DNA from: an uncultured Dehalococcoidia bacterium
Lineage (GTDB): Bacteria > Chloroflexota > Dehalococcoidia > Lucifugimonadales > UBA3495
Direction of reading: 5' to 3'
Length of the DNA stretch: 41,164 nucleotides
Assembly: GCA_950072105.1 (NCBI GenBank)
Contig: CATMOE010000031.1
Coordinates: 1 to 41,164 of the forward strand
The translations under genes were made by a program, and so were the position numbers. Below are positions 8,910 through 18,750 of this stretch, in pieces (position 1 is the stretch's first letter; every line of letters starts with the position of its first letter). The notes beneath the pieces are model-generated. The model searched no databases, had not been told where the DNA came from, and saw only the letters and a list, made by a program, of their open reading frames with translations.

Positions 8910-8951
8910 TTTTGGGTTTAAACCGGCTTTGCCGGCTTAACCCTGGGGTTG

Positions 8952-10313
8952 TTACAAGATAGGACGGGTGTCCAGAGTTACGTTGATGCTTTGCCTTTCC
9001 CCGTCTCGTACCACATCAAGAGTTACCTCGTCTCCCGGCCTGGTCTTGTCGATCAGGTAAGAGATCAGTTCGTCCATCTCATTGGTCGGGAAATCGTTGA
9101 TCGACACGATGACATCACCGCCGACCGGATAGTCTATCCCCTCGGACTCGACCGTTCGGTCGCTGCCTCGGAGGTCAGCTTGCCCGGGTGGGCCGTCTTC
9201 GCTTGCGGCTATCACCAAGATGCCCCTGGTGTCTTCGGGTAAATCCATCAATCCGGCTACGTCGGGACTCAATGTCGAGCCGCTGATTCCCATCCAGGCG
9301 TGTTCATAGGAGACTTCATTGATCAACACCGGAATCACCCGCTTAGCCGCATTGATCGGCACGGCGAAACCGACCCCTGCGCTGGAACCGCTCCGGCTGA
9401 TAATTTGAGTGTTCACGCCGACGACCCGGCCTTTCCGGTCAAGTAACGGGCCTCCTGAATTTCCCGGGTTGTTGGGCGCGTCGGTTTGGATAACTTTGGG
9501 AACGGAGAACGCGCCGTTTCCACTGCGAATGGTGCGCCCCACCGCGCTGATGATGCCGGTGGTTATCGTGAACTCCTGTCCGAATGGGTTGCCGATGGCC
9601 GCCGCCATCTGGCCTACTTTTACGGCGTCGCTGTCGGCCAGTGGCACCGGCTGGGTAGGGGCGTCCGAAACATCGATCTGCAGGACTGCCAGGTCAGAGT
9701 CGGGGTCGCTGCCTAGCAACGTGGCGTCCATCTCGGATGGATCGGAGAAGATTACGGTAATCCGGCTGGCTCCGTCGATCACGTGGTGGTTGGTAACGAT
9801 GCGCCCTTCTTCGTCCCAGACGAAGCCTGTGCCGCTGCCGCGCCGGAAGAATTCGTCGGGAACACCAGGCATGTCCCGGAAACGGTCGAAGTCGAACGGA
9901 CGCCCAGGCGCGCCGGGTGCGTCCGGGAAACTGGATTCTTCCCCGATCTTGTGGGTCACTCGTATCTGTACGACAGAGGGCAAAGCCGTTTCATAGATCC
10001 GGTTAATCACTTCCTCTTGGGCCGCTACGATCGCGTCGGCGCTCAGGACTTCTACGCTTTTTCCCTGAGCTTCGGCGGGTGGGCCAGGCTCCGTGCCGGC
10101 AGAATCCACGTCAACTTGCGCCGCGCCGCCTTGGCCGCCTCCGCTGCCGGAAGTTACGATCGGGCCTGAGTCGTTGTTGTCACTGGACAGGGCGCTGGTG
10201 CAGGCGGTTAACGCCACGATGGCTACCAATGCGATGAGGAAAGCTAGCCAACGGTTTTGCTTAATTCCTTTCGGGATCGCTTTGTAACGTTCGGATGCCT
10301 TCACAGTTTGCAT
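8952..10313 (-). CDS. HtrA/DegP-like S1C serine protease with PDZ domain, probable lipoprotein
   Basis: GSGTGF, TNHHV, DLAVL and GNSGGPL give the catalytic triad. C-terminal PDZ (GDVIVSIN). Hydrophobic N-terminus ending in the lipobox LTAC. AAGGAG RBS before ATG 10313. Confidence 0.93.
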   Translation of the reverse strand: MQTVKASERYKAIPKGIKQNRWLAFLIALVAIVALTACTSALSSDNNDSGPIVTSGSGGGQGGAAQVDVDSAGTEPGPPAEAQGKSVEVLSADAIVAAQEEVINRIYETALPSVVQIRVTHKIGEESSFPDAPGAPGRPFDFDRFRDMPGVPDEFFRRGSGTGFVWDEEGRIVTNHHVIDGASRITVIFSDPSEMDATLLGSDPDSDLAVLQIDVSDAPTQPVPLADSDAVKVGQMAAAIGNPFGQEFTITTGIISAVGRTIRSGNGAFSVPKVIQTDAPNNPGNSGGPLLDRKGRVVGVNTQIISRSGSSAGVGFAVPINAAKRVIPVLINEVSYEHAWMGISGSTLSPDVAGLMDLPEDTRGILVIAASEDGPPGQADLRGSDRTVESEGIDYPVGGDVIVSINDFPTNEMDELISYLIDKTRPGDEVTLDVVRDGERQSINVTLDTRPIL

Positions 10314-10548
10314 GTCCGTTGCTCCTTTTCTCGATTCTGTTGGATCCGCTATAGCCATAGGGTGGTTCAAGCGGCCCTGGATTGATGCCAGCCGCCGCGG
10401 GGAGCTGTGCAAACTCCAACCTTGGGAAGCTCGTAATTAGGCTGTAGGTAGTAAACAACCCCACACATTTGGCACACCATCCCAGGAAATTGCCAGTCGT
10501 ACCGCAAAGGCCCTCGGCATTTTGTGCATTCCACCATGCCAAACCCTC

Positions 10549-10585
10549 CCCAGTTATCATGATATATATTATTATGATAACTGGG
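10549..10585. promoter_or_regulatory. AT-rich 37-bp inverted repeat, candidate operator
   Basis: CCCAGTTATCAT-GATATATATTATT-ATGATAACTGGG has perfect 12-bp arms and lies in the divergent protease/LLM intergenic region. Confidence 0.55.
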
Positions 10586-10861
10586 CGTCGGTCGGATTTA
10601 ACGAATGTGGAAAGGACTTTCATAAGAACAAGCGCCGTTTCAAGGAGGTGCGAGGCGATGTGCCCCTCAGGGTAGTAATGGCCGGTGGACAAGCACCCTT
10701 CTCCGGGGTAATGTGCTCCTATGACTAGATGCAAATTTATACAGGAACGGTTTGATAGGCTGTTCAGGATCAGGGTCGACTTGGCGGCGTCGGGGACGGT
10801 AGCCGGACATCGCGTCTTCGGGTTGGACAGCGGCCACACAGGAAACCAGCGGGTGTGACCG

Positions 10862-11968
10862 ATGCAGGTTGACCTTCGGATCCCCTCATCCAAACCCGTC
10901 GCCGAGATCGTGGATTTCGCCCGGCGTTGTGAAGACGCGGGCTTCTCAGGGTTGGGCTTCGTCGACTCCCACACCTTTCTTAGAGACGTCTATGTGGTGA
11001 TGGCCCAGGTGTTGCAGAACAGCGAGCGTATACGAGTGCGCCCGGCGGTCACCTGTCCGGGACCGCGCCACACCTCGGTTATCGCGTCGGTGGCGAAAAC
11101 GGTTCAGGAATTGGGGCCGGGCCGCTTCGAGTTGTGGCTGGGCCGGGGAGGCTCGGCTAACTTCCTGATCGGCCTGTCCGGACTCCGTCTGGCCGAGATA
11201 AGGAAGGCCATCGTTGAGATCAAAGCATTCATGGCTGGGGAGTGGGATGTTTACCAGCCCACCGACTCGGTGCAGAAGTACGGCTCCGAAACCGGCACCT
11301 CCACCCGAGCGGAGCACGTCCGGCTTTTCCACGGCGGCGGTGAGCCGGTGCCCGTGTTCCTCACCGCCAGCGGGCCGTTGAACGCTAGGCTGGCCGGAGA
11401 ACTGTGCGACGGCGTTCTCATCCATCCCGCCATGGCCAACGGAGAGCAGATCGGAGCGCTGCGGAAATGGGTGGGAGAAGGGGCGGCCTTGGCGGGGCGT
11501 CAAGCGTCCGACGTACACGAAGTTTTACAGATGGAGGGGCTCGTCCGCGACACCCTCCGCGAGGCGGTCCGGGCCTGGAGCCCCCGTCTGGTCACTCCTC
11601 TGGCCAAACCCAGCGGACAGGAGTGGTTGGAGCAACTGGGCATCGACTACGATATCGCGCCCATCAAGGCGAACCTACAGGAAGCGGCCGCTAAGCTGCT
11701 TACCTTTTATCCCGACAACAACCATATGGAGGACTGGCAAGGGGCTGAGAAGATAGCCGAAGTCGTCCCTTATGAGCTTCAAGAAGCACTGGTCAGCAAG
11801 ACCGCCGTGGTAGGAGATCCGGACTCGGTCACCCGGCGCATGAAAGAGTTGGAGGACCTGGGAGTAGACCATATCTATCTATACCCGGCGGAGAGCTTCA
11901 GCTTGCCGGAGCACGAGCTTCGAGCCTTCAAAGAGGTTATCGGCCCGGCTTTCAACCTATCCCCATAG
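10862..11968 (+). CDS. LLM-class oxidoreductase (Mer-like, possibly F420-dependent)
   Basis: EDAGFSGLGFVDSH, PGRFELWLGRG, ASGPLNARLAGELCDGV and VGDPDSV. Confidence 0.88.
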   Translation: MQVDLRIPSSKPVAEIVDFARRCEDAGFSGLGFVDSHTFLRDVYVVMAQVLQNSERIRVRPAVTCPGPRHTSVIASVAKTVQELGPGRFELWLGRGGSANFLIGLSGLRLAEIRKAIVEIKAFMAGEWDVYQPTDSVQKYGSETGTSTRAEHVRLFHGGGEPVPVFLTASGPLNARLAGELCDGVLIHPAMANGEQIGALRKWVGEGAALAGRQASDVHEVLQMEGLVRDTLREAVRAWSPRLVTPLAKPSGQEWLEQLGIDYDIAPIKANLQEAAAKLLTFYPDNNHMEDWQGAEKIAEVVPYELQEALVSKTAVVGDPDSVTRRMKELEDLGVDHIYLYPAESFSLPEHELRAFKEVIGPAFNLSP

Positions 11969-12026
11969 CGAACTAGCCGCCATCTAGCACGGCGTGATAA
12001 GAAAGTTTTCCATGCCAAGAAGGGGG

Positions 12027-12791
12027 ATGGAAGTGACTCAACCATCGGACAGACCTACCGCCGATTCTCGCGAGGCCATCCGGGCCAGGCTGGAGGCGGC
12101 GCCATCCCACGGCGATCTTAGGGACTTGATCTTCGGCGCCATCGACGGGACGGTTACGACATTCGCGGTGGCATCGGGTGTATCCGGGGCCGGCCTCCCC
12201 GCCGGAGTGCTCATTATCCTGGGCGTCGCTAACTTGGTCGCCGACGGGTTTAGCATGGGGATCAGCAACTTCCTGGGCACTCGGGCCGAGAAGCAGCAGC
12301 GGGCCCATATCCAGCGGGAGGAACAAGACCAGATCAGAACCGTGCCCGAGGAGGAGAGGGAGGAGATTCGCCAGATCTTCGCGAAAAAAGGTTTTAGCGG
12401 GGACGACCTGGAGCGGGTTGTGGAGGTCATCACCTCCGACGACGAGCGTTGGGTATCGGTAATGATGCGGGAGGAGCATGGTTACCCGGCGGCGGAAGTG
12501 TCGCCGTGGCGGGCTGGTTTGGTTACATATTCCGGATTTATGGTCGCCGGGCTGCTGCCTTTGTTGCCTTTTATCTACGCGGCAATAGCTCCGGGCGGTC
12601 TGTCCAACGCTTTTTTCTGGAGTATGGGTCTTGCCGGAGGGGTTTTCTTTACCATCGGCGCCCTCAAGAGCCTATTTGTGGAGCAACCCTGGTATTGGGC
12701 TGGACTAGAGATTTTGGGAATAGGGGGAGTCGCTGCCGGGTTAGCCTACGCGGTGGGAGCGGTTCTTAAGGGCATCGCCGACATGGTCTGA
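12027..12791 (+). CDS. VIT1/CCC1 family Fe/Mn transporter
   Basis: IFGAIDGTVTTFA, GVANLVADGFSMG, EREEIRQIF and MMREEHG. Exact start uncertain (12012, 12027 or 12033). Confidence 0.92.
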   Translation: MEVTQPSDRPTADSREAIRARLEAAPSHGDLRDLIFGAIDGTVTTFAVASGVSGAGLPAGVLIILGVANLVADGFSMGISNFLGTRAEKQQRAHIQREEQDQIRTVPEEEREEIRQIFAKKGFSGDDLERVVEVITSDDERWVSVMMREEHGYPAAEVSPWRAGLVTYSGFMVAGLLPLLPFIYAAIAPGGLSNAFFWSMGLAGGVFFTIGALKSLFVEQPWYWAGLEILGIGGVAAGLAYAVGAVLKGIADMV

Positions 12792-12802
12792 GGGGCGGCT
12801 AT

Positions 12803-12893
12803 GTCCCCCCTTACGAAGGGGGGACTACATGAGGGTCGTGCTGTCGTGGGGGGAAACCTCCCCTAAATCCCCCTTTTACGAAAGAGGGGACTT
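12803..12893. repeat. Inverted pair of REP-like palindromes
   Basis: GTCCCCCCTT-ACG-AAGGGGGGAC (perfect 10-bp stem, 12803-12825) and AACCTCCCCTAAATCCCCCTTTTACGAAAGAGGGGACTT (12855-12893), in opposite orientations. Confidence 0.7.
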
Positions 12894-12955
12894 GCCGGTG
12901 TCACCGGTTACGTCGAAGCTATCGAGGCTTGAATCGATGCCTATGGAGAACAGAT

Positions 12956-13474
12956 ATGGCCCAGCCCAATGAAGAGCGCTCGAACGTACGGGACGCCGGA
13001 GTTGAAGACTTGGATCAGGTGTCGCTACTCATAAGAGATGCCTATCAGGAGTACCAAGCTAATTTCTCTCCTGAAGTTTGGGAGCGTTACTCCCGTGAAA
13101 TCATGGACGTGCGTAGCCGCCTCGATACGTCGGAACTTATCGTGGCGGAGAACTCTGGGCGGTTGGTGGGCGCCGTCACCTTCTACCGCAACACATCCCC
13201 ATCGGATCAGGGCGGGTGGCCCGCCGGCTGGACCGGCATCCGGTTGCTGGCCGTCCATCCCGATGCCAGGGGCATGGGCATTGGCCGCGTGCTGATGGAC
13301 GAATGTCTCCGCCGGTCCCGCCTGTTGTCAGCCACCGCGCTGGGTCTGCATACCACCGAACTGATGGGCATTGCCCGTGGCATGTACGAGAGGATGGGCT
13401 TCGTGCAGGTCCCGGAATACGACTTTCAAGCCGGCCCCGAAGTGCTTGTGCTGGGATACCGGCTGGACCTCTAG
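12956..13474 (+). CDS. GNAT family N-acetyltransferase
   Basis: LAVHPDARGMGIG (motif A) and ARGMYERMGF (motif B). GGAGA RBS before ATG 12956. Confidence 0.92.
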   Translation: MAQPNEERSNVRDAGVEDLDQVSLLIRDAYQEYQANFSPEVWERYSREIMDVRSRLDTSELIVAENSGRLVGAVTFYRNTSPSDQGGWPAGWTGIRLLAVHPDARGMGIGRVLMDECLRRSRLLSATALGLHTTELMGIARGMYERMGFVQVPEYDFQAGPEVLVLGYRLDL

Positions 13475-13504
13475 ACCGCAACACGGAGTTTGCGCCGACC
13501 ATTG

Positions 13505-14365
13505 TCAGGGACGCAGGTACTCCTCTTGCCACTGCAAGAACTCATCGGTCCGGTTGACGGATCGAAGTAGTTCCGGCGTGGCCAGCCGGTCGCCAAGCTC
13601 CTCTAACGATCCGCCTTCCTTCAAGTGCCGCAAGCTATCGACGATTGCCTTGACTGCCACGGCGAACGTGGGGTTGCCTAACATCAGGATCTTGACTCCG
13701 GTGGCGGCGAGAAACGCTGGGTCGTTGCGAATATCCGCCGGTGGACTTAATACGCATATGGGCAAGGTCGTCACCCGGTGGACCGCCTCAAGCTGGTTTC
13801 GGCTGCTGGAGCCGGTCAACATCAGCGCTTCCGCTCCGGTTTGCGAATAAGTCTGGATCCGGTCCAAGGCCTCGTCTAAAGAGGTTAAACCCAGGGCGGC
13901 GCTGCGAGCCACGATAACCGTGGTGGGGTCGGTGCGGGCCGCCACCGCCGCTTGCAGCTTTCCAACTTGCTCCTCTTTGGAAATCAGGCCCGGGTTTTGC
14001 ACACCGAACTGTTTGGGGACGAAATTGTCTTCGATCTCGATGCCCGATACACCGGCCGCTTCCATCTCTCGAACGGTTCGAGCCACGTTCACCGCGTTCC
14101 CGAAGCCGTCTTCGGCGTCTACCATGAGACTGACGTCGGCGATGCGGGTGATGCGGCGGCAATGGTCCACCACGTCGGACATGTTGGAGAGGACGCCGTC
14201 GGGCACGCCCAGGTTCGCTACCTTACCCACCGACCCCGACAAAACGCAGACCTCGTACTCCAACATGTGGGCGATACTAGCTGACAGAGGGTCGAAGATG
14301 TTGGCCGCCAGAGTGCAAGTGGGCCGGGCGAGCACGCTGCGAAACTGTTCACGGACACGGGACAT
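13505..14365 (-). CDS. Isocitrate lyase/PEP mutase family protein, oxaloacetate decarboxylase-like
   Basis: FDPLSA, VDAEDGFG, IEIED and IVARS. It lacks the KxCGH loop and has FVPKQFG instead, as in the oxaloacetate decarboxylase subgroup. Confidence 0.88.
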   Translation of the reverse strand: MSRVREQFRSVLARPTCTLAANIFDPLSASIAHMLEYEVCVLSGSVGKVANLGVPDGVLSNMSDVVDHCRRITRIADVSLMVDAEDGFGNAVNVARTVREMEAAGVSGIEIEDNFVPKQFGVQNPGLISKEEQVGKLQAAVAARTDPTTVIVARSAALGLTSLDEALDRIQTYSQTGAEALMLTGSSSRNQLEAVHRVTTLPICVLSPPADIRNDPAFLAATGVKILMLGNPTFAVAVKAIVDSLRHLKEGGSLEELGDRLATPELLRSVNRTDEFLQWQEEYLRP

Positions 14366-14481
14366 GGAGGACACCCCCTTCCGGATTGGCTGTTACGACT
14401 TATTTAACCGGATTCGTTTTCGATCCTAATGGCGGAGATTACGAATAAACGGGCCGGAGGCGGGATTTTTTGCCACCCAAG

Positions 14482-14882
14482 TTAACCCTCGGCCAGTTGG
14501 AACGGCATTCCTAGGGAGCTTTCCGGAAGGATGGTCGCGGTTAGATATCCATCGGCGCTCCGGCTGACGCCATCCTTGCCGCTCAGTTTGTTGCCCTTGG
14601 CGGCCAGATCTTGGGTAACTTGTTGGACGTCGTCGACACCCCATGCCAGGTGATAGACACCGGGCCCTTGTTGAGCCAGGTACCGGCCCATGGCCGAGTC
14701 GGGGTCCAAAGGCTCCGTGACTTCGAAGTTGGTGGGACCGACTTTGTAGATAGCGTTGCTCATCCCCGGTCCTCATATACCTGGAGCCGGTCCGGCTTCA
14801 TGCCGAAATTCTTCTCGATGTACTCCACCATGGCATCCGGGTCGTGAACGAGGATCCGTACGTGATGCACAAAATTAAACAT
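14482..14882 (-). pseudogene. VOC family protein (methylmalonyl-CoA epimerase-like), 133 aa, split by a 1-nt deletion at 14764-14767
   Basis: MFNFVHHVRILVHD...EDRG* (GAGGTGA RBS) continues in another frame as MSNAIYKVG..FEVTEP..GPGVYHLAWGVDD..FQLAE. One extra G in the G4 run restores a single ORF. Confidence 0.82.
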
Positions 14883-14936
14883 GGTCTTAGTCTCACCTCA
14901 TTTCCGATTAGGTGGGCGCGTCCTTGCCGGCGGACG

Positions 14937-16166
14937 CTAAATTATCCCTTCCTCTTTAAGCCGTTGTACGTCATCCTCGGACATTCCCAGCTGCTCGATG
15001 TATATCTCGCGATTATGCGAACCCATCTCGGTGGGACCGGTGAAGTTGATCTTGCCCGGTGTCTCGCTCATTAGTGGGAAGGTGTTTTGCATCCGCACGG
15101 TCCCCAGATCAGGGTCGTCCACCGATACGATGGACTGGCGAGCTTTGACCTGGGGGTCCTCCATGAATTGGGAGGTGTCGTATACGGGGCCGATGGCAGT
15201 TTCCGCCTCCTCAAACTTCTCCAGCACGACCTCACGAGGGTAATTGTTGATCCAGTCCGCCACCAAGCTATCGACTTCGTCGGCGTGTTGGGACCGGGCC
15301 GCGGGGGTGGCATACCGGGGGTCATCGGCCAACTCGTCCCCGCCGACGAGTTGCATGACCCGCCGGGCGATGGACGGCGTGGACGCGGATAGAGCAACCC
15401 AGTTGCCGTCGCTGCACATGTAGAGGTTACGAGGCCCGCCGCCGCCGCTTCGGTTGCCGCGTCGATTCTGGACCAAGCCAAGTTGGTCATAGGCTATCGG
15501 TTGCGCGCCTAGGACAAACGACATCGGCTCGTACAAAGAGACGTCGATCTCCTGGCCGATCCCGGTGCCTACAACGTCGCGGTAGTAAACAGCGAACATG
15601 GCGCTGAACACGCCGAACAAGCCGGCGATGCCGTCGGCCAGGGCAAGGGGTGGCAGCGTGGGAGGTCCGTCCGGCTGCCCGGTGACGTGAGCGAAGCCGC
15701 TCATTGCCTCGGCCAAAGTGCCGAACCCCGGCCGGTTCTTGTAAGGGCCGGTCTGGCCGAAGCCGCTGATCCTAACCATTATCAGGCGTGGATTGACCGC
15801 CTTCAGCTCCTCATACCCAAGCCCCCAACGCTCCATCGTGCCGGGGCGAAAACCCTCGATCAGGATGTCGGTGTCCTGGACCAGGCGTTTCAAGATCTCG
15901 GCGCCCTGGGGATTGCCCAGGTTCAGCGTGATGCATTTCTTGTTGCGTGAGTGGAATTTCCAGGAGAGCGGTATCCCATCTTTGAACGAGCCCATGGTGC
16001 GGAGCCCGTCGCCATTCTTGGGATGCTCGACTTTGATCACCTCGGCGCCAAAGTCCCCCATGAGTGTTGCCGGCATGGCCCCGGCGAAGAGCTGGCTGGT
16101 GTCCAGAATCTTCAACCCTTGCAGAGCCATGCCGTTGCCGTTAGCAGGATTTGCCCCCTGAGTCAT
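14937..16166 (-). CDS. Family III CoA-transferase (CaiB/BaiF)
   Basis: GDFGAEVIKVEHP, RNKKCITLNL, FRPGTMERWGL, SGFGQTGPY and the catalytic Asp in LADGIAG. Confidence 0.95.
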   Translation of the reverse strand: MTQGANPANGNGMALQGLKILDTSQLFAGAMPATLMGDFGAEVIKVEHPKNGDGLRTMGSFKDGIPLSWKFHSRNKKCITLNLGNPQGAEILKRLVQDTDILIEGFRPGTMERWGLGYEELKAVNPRLIMVRISGFGQTGPYKNRPGFGTLAEAMSGFAHVTGQPDGPPTLPPLALADGIAGLFGVFSAMFAVYYRDVVGTGIGQEIDVSLYEPMSFVLGAQPIAYDQLGLVQNRRGNRSGGGGPRNLYMCSDGNWVALSASTPSIARRVMQLVGGDELADDPRYATPAARSQHADEVDSLVADWINNYPREVVLEKFEEAETAIGPVYDTSQFMEDPQVKARQSIVSVDDPDLGTVRMQNTFPLMSETPGKINFTGPTEMGSHNREIYIEQLGMSEDDVQRLKEEGII

Positions 16167-16179
16167 ACCGTACCTCCGA

Positions 16180-16226
16180 TACTAATGGACCACGTACTAG
16201 GGAACCACGGTACTACGAAACCAGGG
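16180..16226. repeat. Three degenerate 15-16 bp tandem repeats
   Basis: TACTAATGGACCACG / TACTAGGGAACCACGG / TACTACGAAACCAGGG. Confidence 0.5.
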
Positions 16227-16258
16227 GATGGGGAAGCGGTTGGGACCTGCCCAGGCCG

Positions 16259-17389
16259 CTATTTACCGGCCAATATGGAAGCCAGCAACGCCACTCGCCG
16301 GGGCAACTCGGCCACGACGATGTATTCGTGATCGGCATGAGGCCCTTCACCGACTCCTCCCAACCCGTCCAGCACCGGCACGCCCAACGCTGCGGCGAAC
16401 TGGGCATCGGAGCCTCCGCCCACCTGGGCTTCGGTCAGTTCTATCCCCAGAGGGTCGGCGAACCGGCGGATGGAATTAAGCAACAGAGCGGTGGTCTCGG
16501 TCCTTTCCATGGGAGGCCGGTTCAATCCGCCGATGACTTCGACCCCGGCTCCCGATAGCACCGGCGTACTGTTAAGGATTTCGCTTTCCACCCGTTCCGC
16601 CTCCTGCATGGTCGTTACCCGCAAGTCAACCAGCGCTTCGGCAAATGGGGCTATCTGATTCCTCACCGACCCCCCTTGGACTACACCAACGTTGACCGTG
16701 GTGCCCCTGGCGAAGTCGGTCAGGCTGTGCAAACGCAAGATCTGGTGAGCCATTTCCTCAACGGCGCTGATACCCTTTTCCGGCTCGTTTCCGGCGTGGG
16801 CCGCCCGGCCGGTGACCTTCACCTGAAACATGCCGACACCTTTTCGGCCCGTCTTCAACGCCCCTTCGGTTCCGGCACCGGGCTCAAGACAAAACACTTG
16901 GGCGCTTTTTTGGGCCTCTTCTTCGATCAGTTGCCGGGAAGTGGTGCTCCCTACCTCTTCGTCGGAGTTGATTATTATTCTCACCCGCTGCTGAAGGGGC
17001 TCGTTGTGGGCCCGCAGCGTTTCCAGAGCGTGCATCGCGATCGCGATTCCGGCCTTCATGTCTAATATCCCCGGACCATAGGCTGAACCGCCTTCCACAC
17101 GAAATGGACGCTCTTGGATCGTGCCAGTGGGCCAGACGGTGTCCATATGGCAGAGGATCAGGGTCTGCTCACCTCCCTCTCCAATGTCCACTACCAGATG
17201 GTCACCTACTTCGTCCTGAGGCACCATCCGCACTTGGGCTCCTAATTCCTCGAACCGCCCTTTGATAAAGCCGCCTAGCAGATCGGTCGCCGCCTTGTCC
17301 GATGTAAAGGATTCCATCTCCACCATATGACGTAGAGTTCCCAAGATCTCCTCAGTATGGCTTTCGGCATACTCCAAGAATTCCTTCAT
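16259..17389 (-). CDS. M20 family metallopeptidase (carboxypeptidase G2-like)
   Basis: HMDTV, GPGILDMKAG, DEEVGS, LEP, AAHAG, GGGSD and PHADHE. Confidence 0.93.
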   Translation of the reverse strand: MKEFLEYAESHTEEILGTLRHMVEMESFTSDKAATDLLGGFIKGRFEELGAQVRMVPQDEVGDHLVVDIGEGGEQTLILCHMDTVWPTGTIQERPFRVEGGSAYGPGILDMKAGIAIAMHALETLRAHNEPLQQRVRIIINSDEEVGSTTSRQLIEEEAQKSAQVFCLEPGAGTEGALKTGRKGVGMFQVKVTGRAAHAGNEPEKGISAVEEMAHQILRLHSLTDFARGTTVNVGVVQGGSVRNQIAPFAEALVDLRVTTMQEAERVESEILNSTPVLSGAGVEVIGGLNRPPMERTETTALLLNSIRRFADPLGIELTEAQVGGGSDAQFAAALGVPVLDGLGGVGEGPHADHEYIVVAELPRRVALLASILAGK

Positions 17390-17442
17390 GTGGCTTCTCC
17401 TTCTCTCTTAGCAGGCTTTGAGTGCGAGTGCGCAGGCGCCGG

Positions 17443-18702
17443 TCACTTCACCGTGATGTCGTCCCACACGGCGGGGTCGTCGGTGAAAAAGACGTCGCGA
17501 GGTAAAAGGGCGCCACCCGAACGTACTTTGTAGCATTCAGGGTGGTTGGCGGCGTAGGGTTCGACCCCCTCCTCCAGCTCCCGCGCTGCCTGAATAAGAC
17601 GGCGGCGCATGCGAATTATCGCCTGATCGGTACTGCCCAGGTGCTCGTGGTTCCGGTCCACGATGGCGCCCATCCCGTCGGTCATTGCCGCGTCCTGGGC
17701 GCGCCCGTCTGGGATGCCGGTATAATTGTTCGTCCGCTGTGCCTCCCGGTCTATGAGGTAGTCGTTAGACTTGTTGGCCTGGTTGAGCCAGCTACCGTCT
17801 GGCAAAATATTGCTGGAAAAATCGTTAACCGCACGCTCCGCCGGGGTCAATGCCTTGTAGGGATTCCACTTGATCCTGAAGAACCAGCAGTTCTCATCGT
17901 CGATGGGCACCAACGCTCCTCCGGACACCGGGCCCATGGGTTCCCTGGGAATCATGGTGAAGAAAGGAAAGAGCCACCGGGAGATCCGCCAGTAATAGCT
18001 GTCTTCTTCCGCATGCCGTTCGGCTCCTATCAGGATTCCGCCATCGGTGTCCTGGATGTGGAACCGGGCTGCCCGGTCCCGAGCGGTATAGCGGCCGGCC
18101 AGGGTGGTGGCGGTGGCGGAGTTCTCCAAGTCGGCCAGGCGGCTGTGCAGGAAGGCGACGTGGACGGTGTCTATCTCCCCTTCTATGACCTGCACAAAGT
18201 TGGATTCGTAGCGGATCTTGGTGGGATAGACCTGGCTGTCCGGCAATTCGGTGTACTCCAAGCCGGGCATGGGCGGCATCAGCTCCTTGGGACCCAAGTA
18301 GGCCCAAACCATGCCTCCCGCCTCCCGGGTTGGGTAGGCGGTAATCTGCATCTTGTCCTTGAAATTGCTGTCCGCCGGCTCTGAAGGCATGTCCACACAT
18401 TGCCCTTCCACGTCAAACTTCCAGCCATGATAGACGCAGCGCAGGCCGCGCTCCTCATTTCGTCCGAAGAAGAGGCTGGCCCTCCGATGGGGACAGAACT
18501 GGTCGACAAGGCCGATAACTCCATCGCTGTTCCGGAAGGCAACTAGGTCTTCGCCAAAAATCCTGGAGCGCATCGGGGCGCAGTCTGGCTCCGGCAATTC
18601 ACTGGCTAACAATATGGGAGTCCAAAATCGCCTGACGAAATTGCCCATCGGCGTGCCCTGGCCTACGCGGCACAAGAATTCGTTCTCTTCGGTTGTCAGC
18701 AT
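17443..18702 (-). CDS. Rieske non-heme iron oxygenase alpha subunit (phthalate 4,5-dioxygenase-like)
   Basis: CPH...CVYHGW Rieske ligands and EGEIDTVHVAFLH / QD mononuclear iron site. Confidence 0.93.
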   Translation of the reverse strand: MLTTEENEFLCRVGQGTPMGNFVRRFWTPILLASELPEPDCAPMRSRIFGEDLVAFRNSDGVIGLVDQFCPHRRASLFFGRNEERGLRCVYHGWKFDVEGQCVDMPSEPADSNFKDKMQITAYPTREAGGMVWAYLGPKELMPPMPGLEYTELPDSQVYPTKIRYESNFVQVIEGEIDTVHVAFLHSRLADLENSATATTLAGRYTARDRAARFHIQDTDGGILIGAERHAEEDSYYWRISRWLFPFFTMIPREPMGPVSGGALVPIDDENCWFFRIKWNPYKALTPAERAVNDFSSNILPDGSWLNQANKSNDYLIDREAQRTNNYTGIPDGRAQDAAMTDGMGAIVDRNHEHLGSTDQAIIRMRRRLIQAARELEEGVEPYAANHPECYKVRSGGALLPRDVFFTDDPAVWDDITVK

Positions 18703-18750
18703 CAGGGTCGGCTCCTCTCCCGTATTTTGACAGTCGCTGGTACCAGAGGA

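Noticed and set aside
10261..10974. 237-aa minus-strand ORF across the protease/LLM intergenic region
   Set aside because: It overlaps both real genes, has no motifs or RBS, and runs through the AT-rich dyad.
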